A stretch of DNA of 63,702 nt, filler included, from Pirum gemmata (Eukaryota), in assembly GCA_002812295.1 (NCBI GenBank). It is 10 parts of 10 records of this genome, joined end to end, with 100 filler letters (N's around TTAATTAATTAA, not from the genome) between each part and the next. Parts side by side here need not be neighbours in the genome. Positions count along the whole stretch, not along the records: positions 57,469 to 63,702 come from PDIN01000308.1; 9 more parts are not named here. One strand, written 5' to 3'. Shown here in pieces: positions 63,488 to 63,702 of this stretch. The position numbers and the translations under genes are program-made. The notes beneath the pieces are model-generated. The model was not told the DNA's origin. It saw only the letters and a list, made by a program, of their open reading frames with translations, and ran no database searches. Position 1 is the stretch's first letter. Each line of letters begins with the position of its first letter.

Positions 63488-63702
63488 TAGACGTTAAACT
63501 ATGCATGGACTAGCCAGCTAGTTACAGTCTAGTTACTAGCTAGAATGGCTCACAGGAGCTCTAGAATGGACTCTACTAGCTAGCTAGCTACTACGATAGC
63601 TAGTAGCAAGCAAGCTAGCTAGAATCACTCGATACGATAGAAGAAGTATCAGATAGTCTACAATACAATAGCTACTACTAGAGCTAGCTAGAGATGGCAA
63701 AA

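Noticed and set aside
1..63702. tRNA/rRNA genes, Fanzor/TnpB, reverse transcriptase, integrase
   Set aside because: No recognisable motifs found by eye; absence not proven without HMM/covariance searches.

Overview
Very AT-rich, microsatellite-laden eukaryotic DNA, not prokaryotic: it has spliceosomal GT-AG introns and TTAGGG telomere-type repeats. The gene content (Hox-like-domain ceramide synthase, GBP-like GTPase, SLC25A38) suggests a unicellular holozoan or similar opisthokont; that placement is inference. The window is a concatenation of ten unrelated ~6.2-6.4 kb pieces joined by artificial N44-TTAATTAATTAA-N44 linkers, so neighbourhood across linkers is meaningless. Well-supported genes are an aquaporin, a sterol C5-desaturase-like enzyme, the mitochondrial glycine carrier SLC25A38, a ceramide synthase, and a 5-exon GBP-like GTPase reconstructed here. 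Also present: a secreted Cys-rich repeat protein with a frameshifted C-terminal domain, a 5'-truncated low-complexity ORF, a membrane protein that appears to start at ATA, an RNR small-subunit fragment and an internally deleted piggyBac-like transposase. Intergenic DNA is dominated by at least 8 MITE families and interstitial telomeric arrays. The most striking unexplained signal is the pervasive TA-NNN-TA words (TAGACTA/TAGTCTA, TATCGATA, TATGATA, TAGCTA). Copy-to-copy comparison shows some of them are insertions at TA that match the ends of resident TA-targeting MITEs, consistent with stacked transposon excision footprints. Also notable: a telomeric array replacing a MITE's internal hairpin, and a structured GC-rich island with a telomerase-template-like 11-mer.
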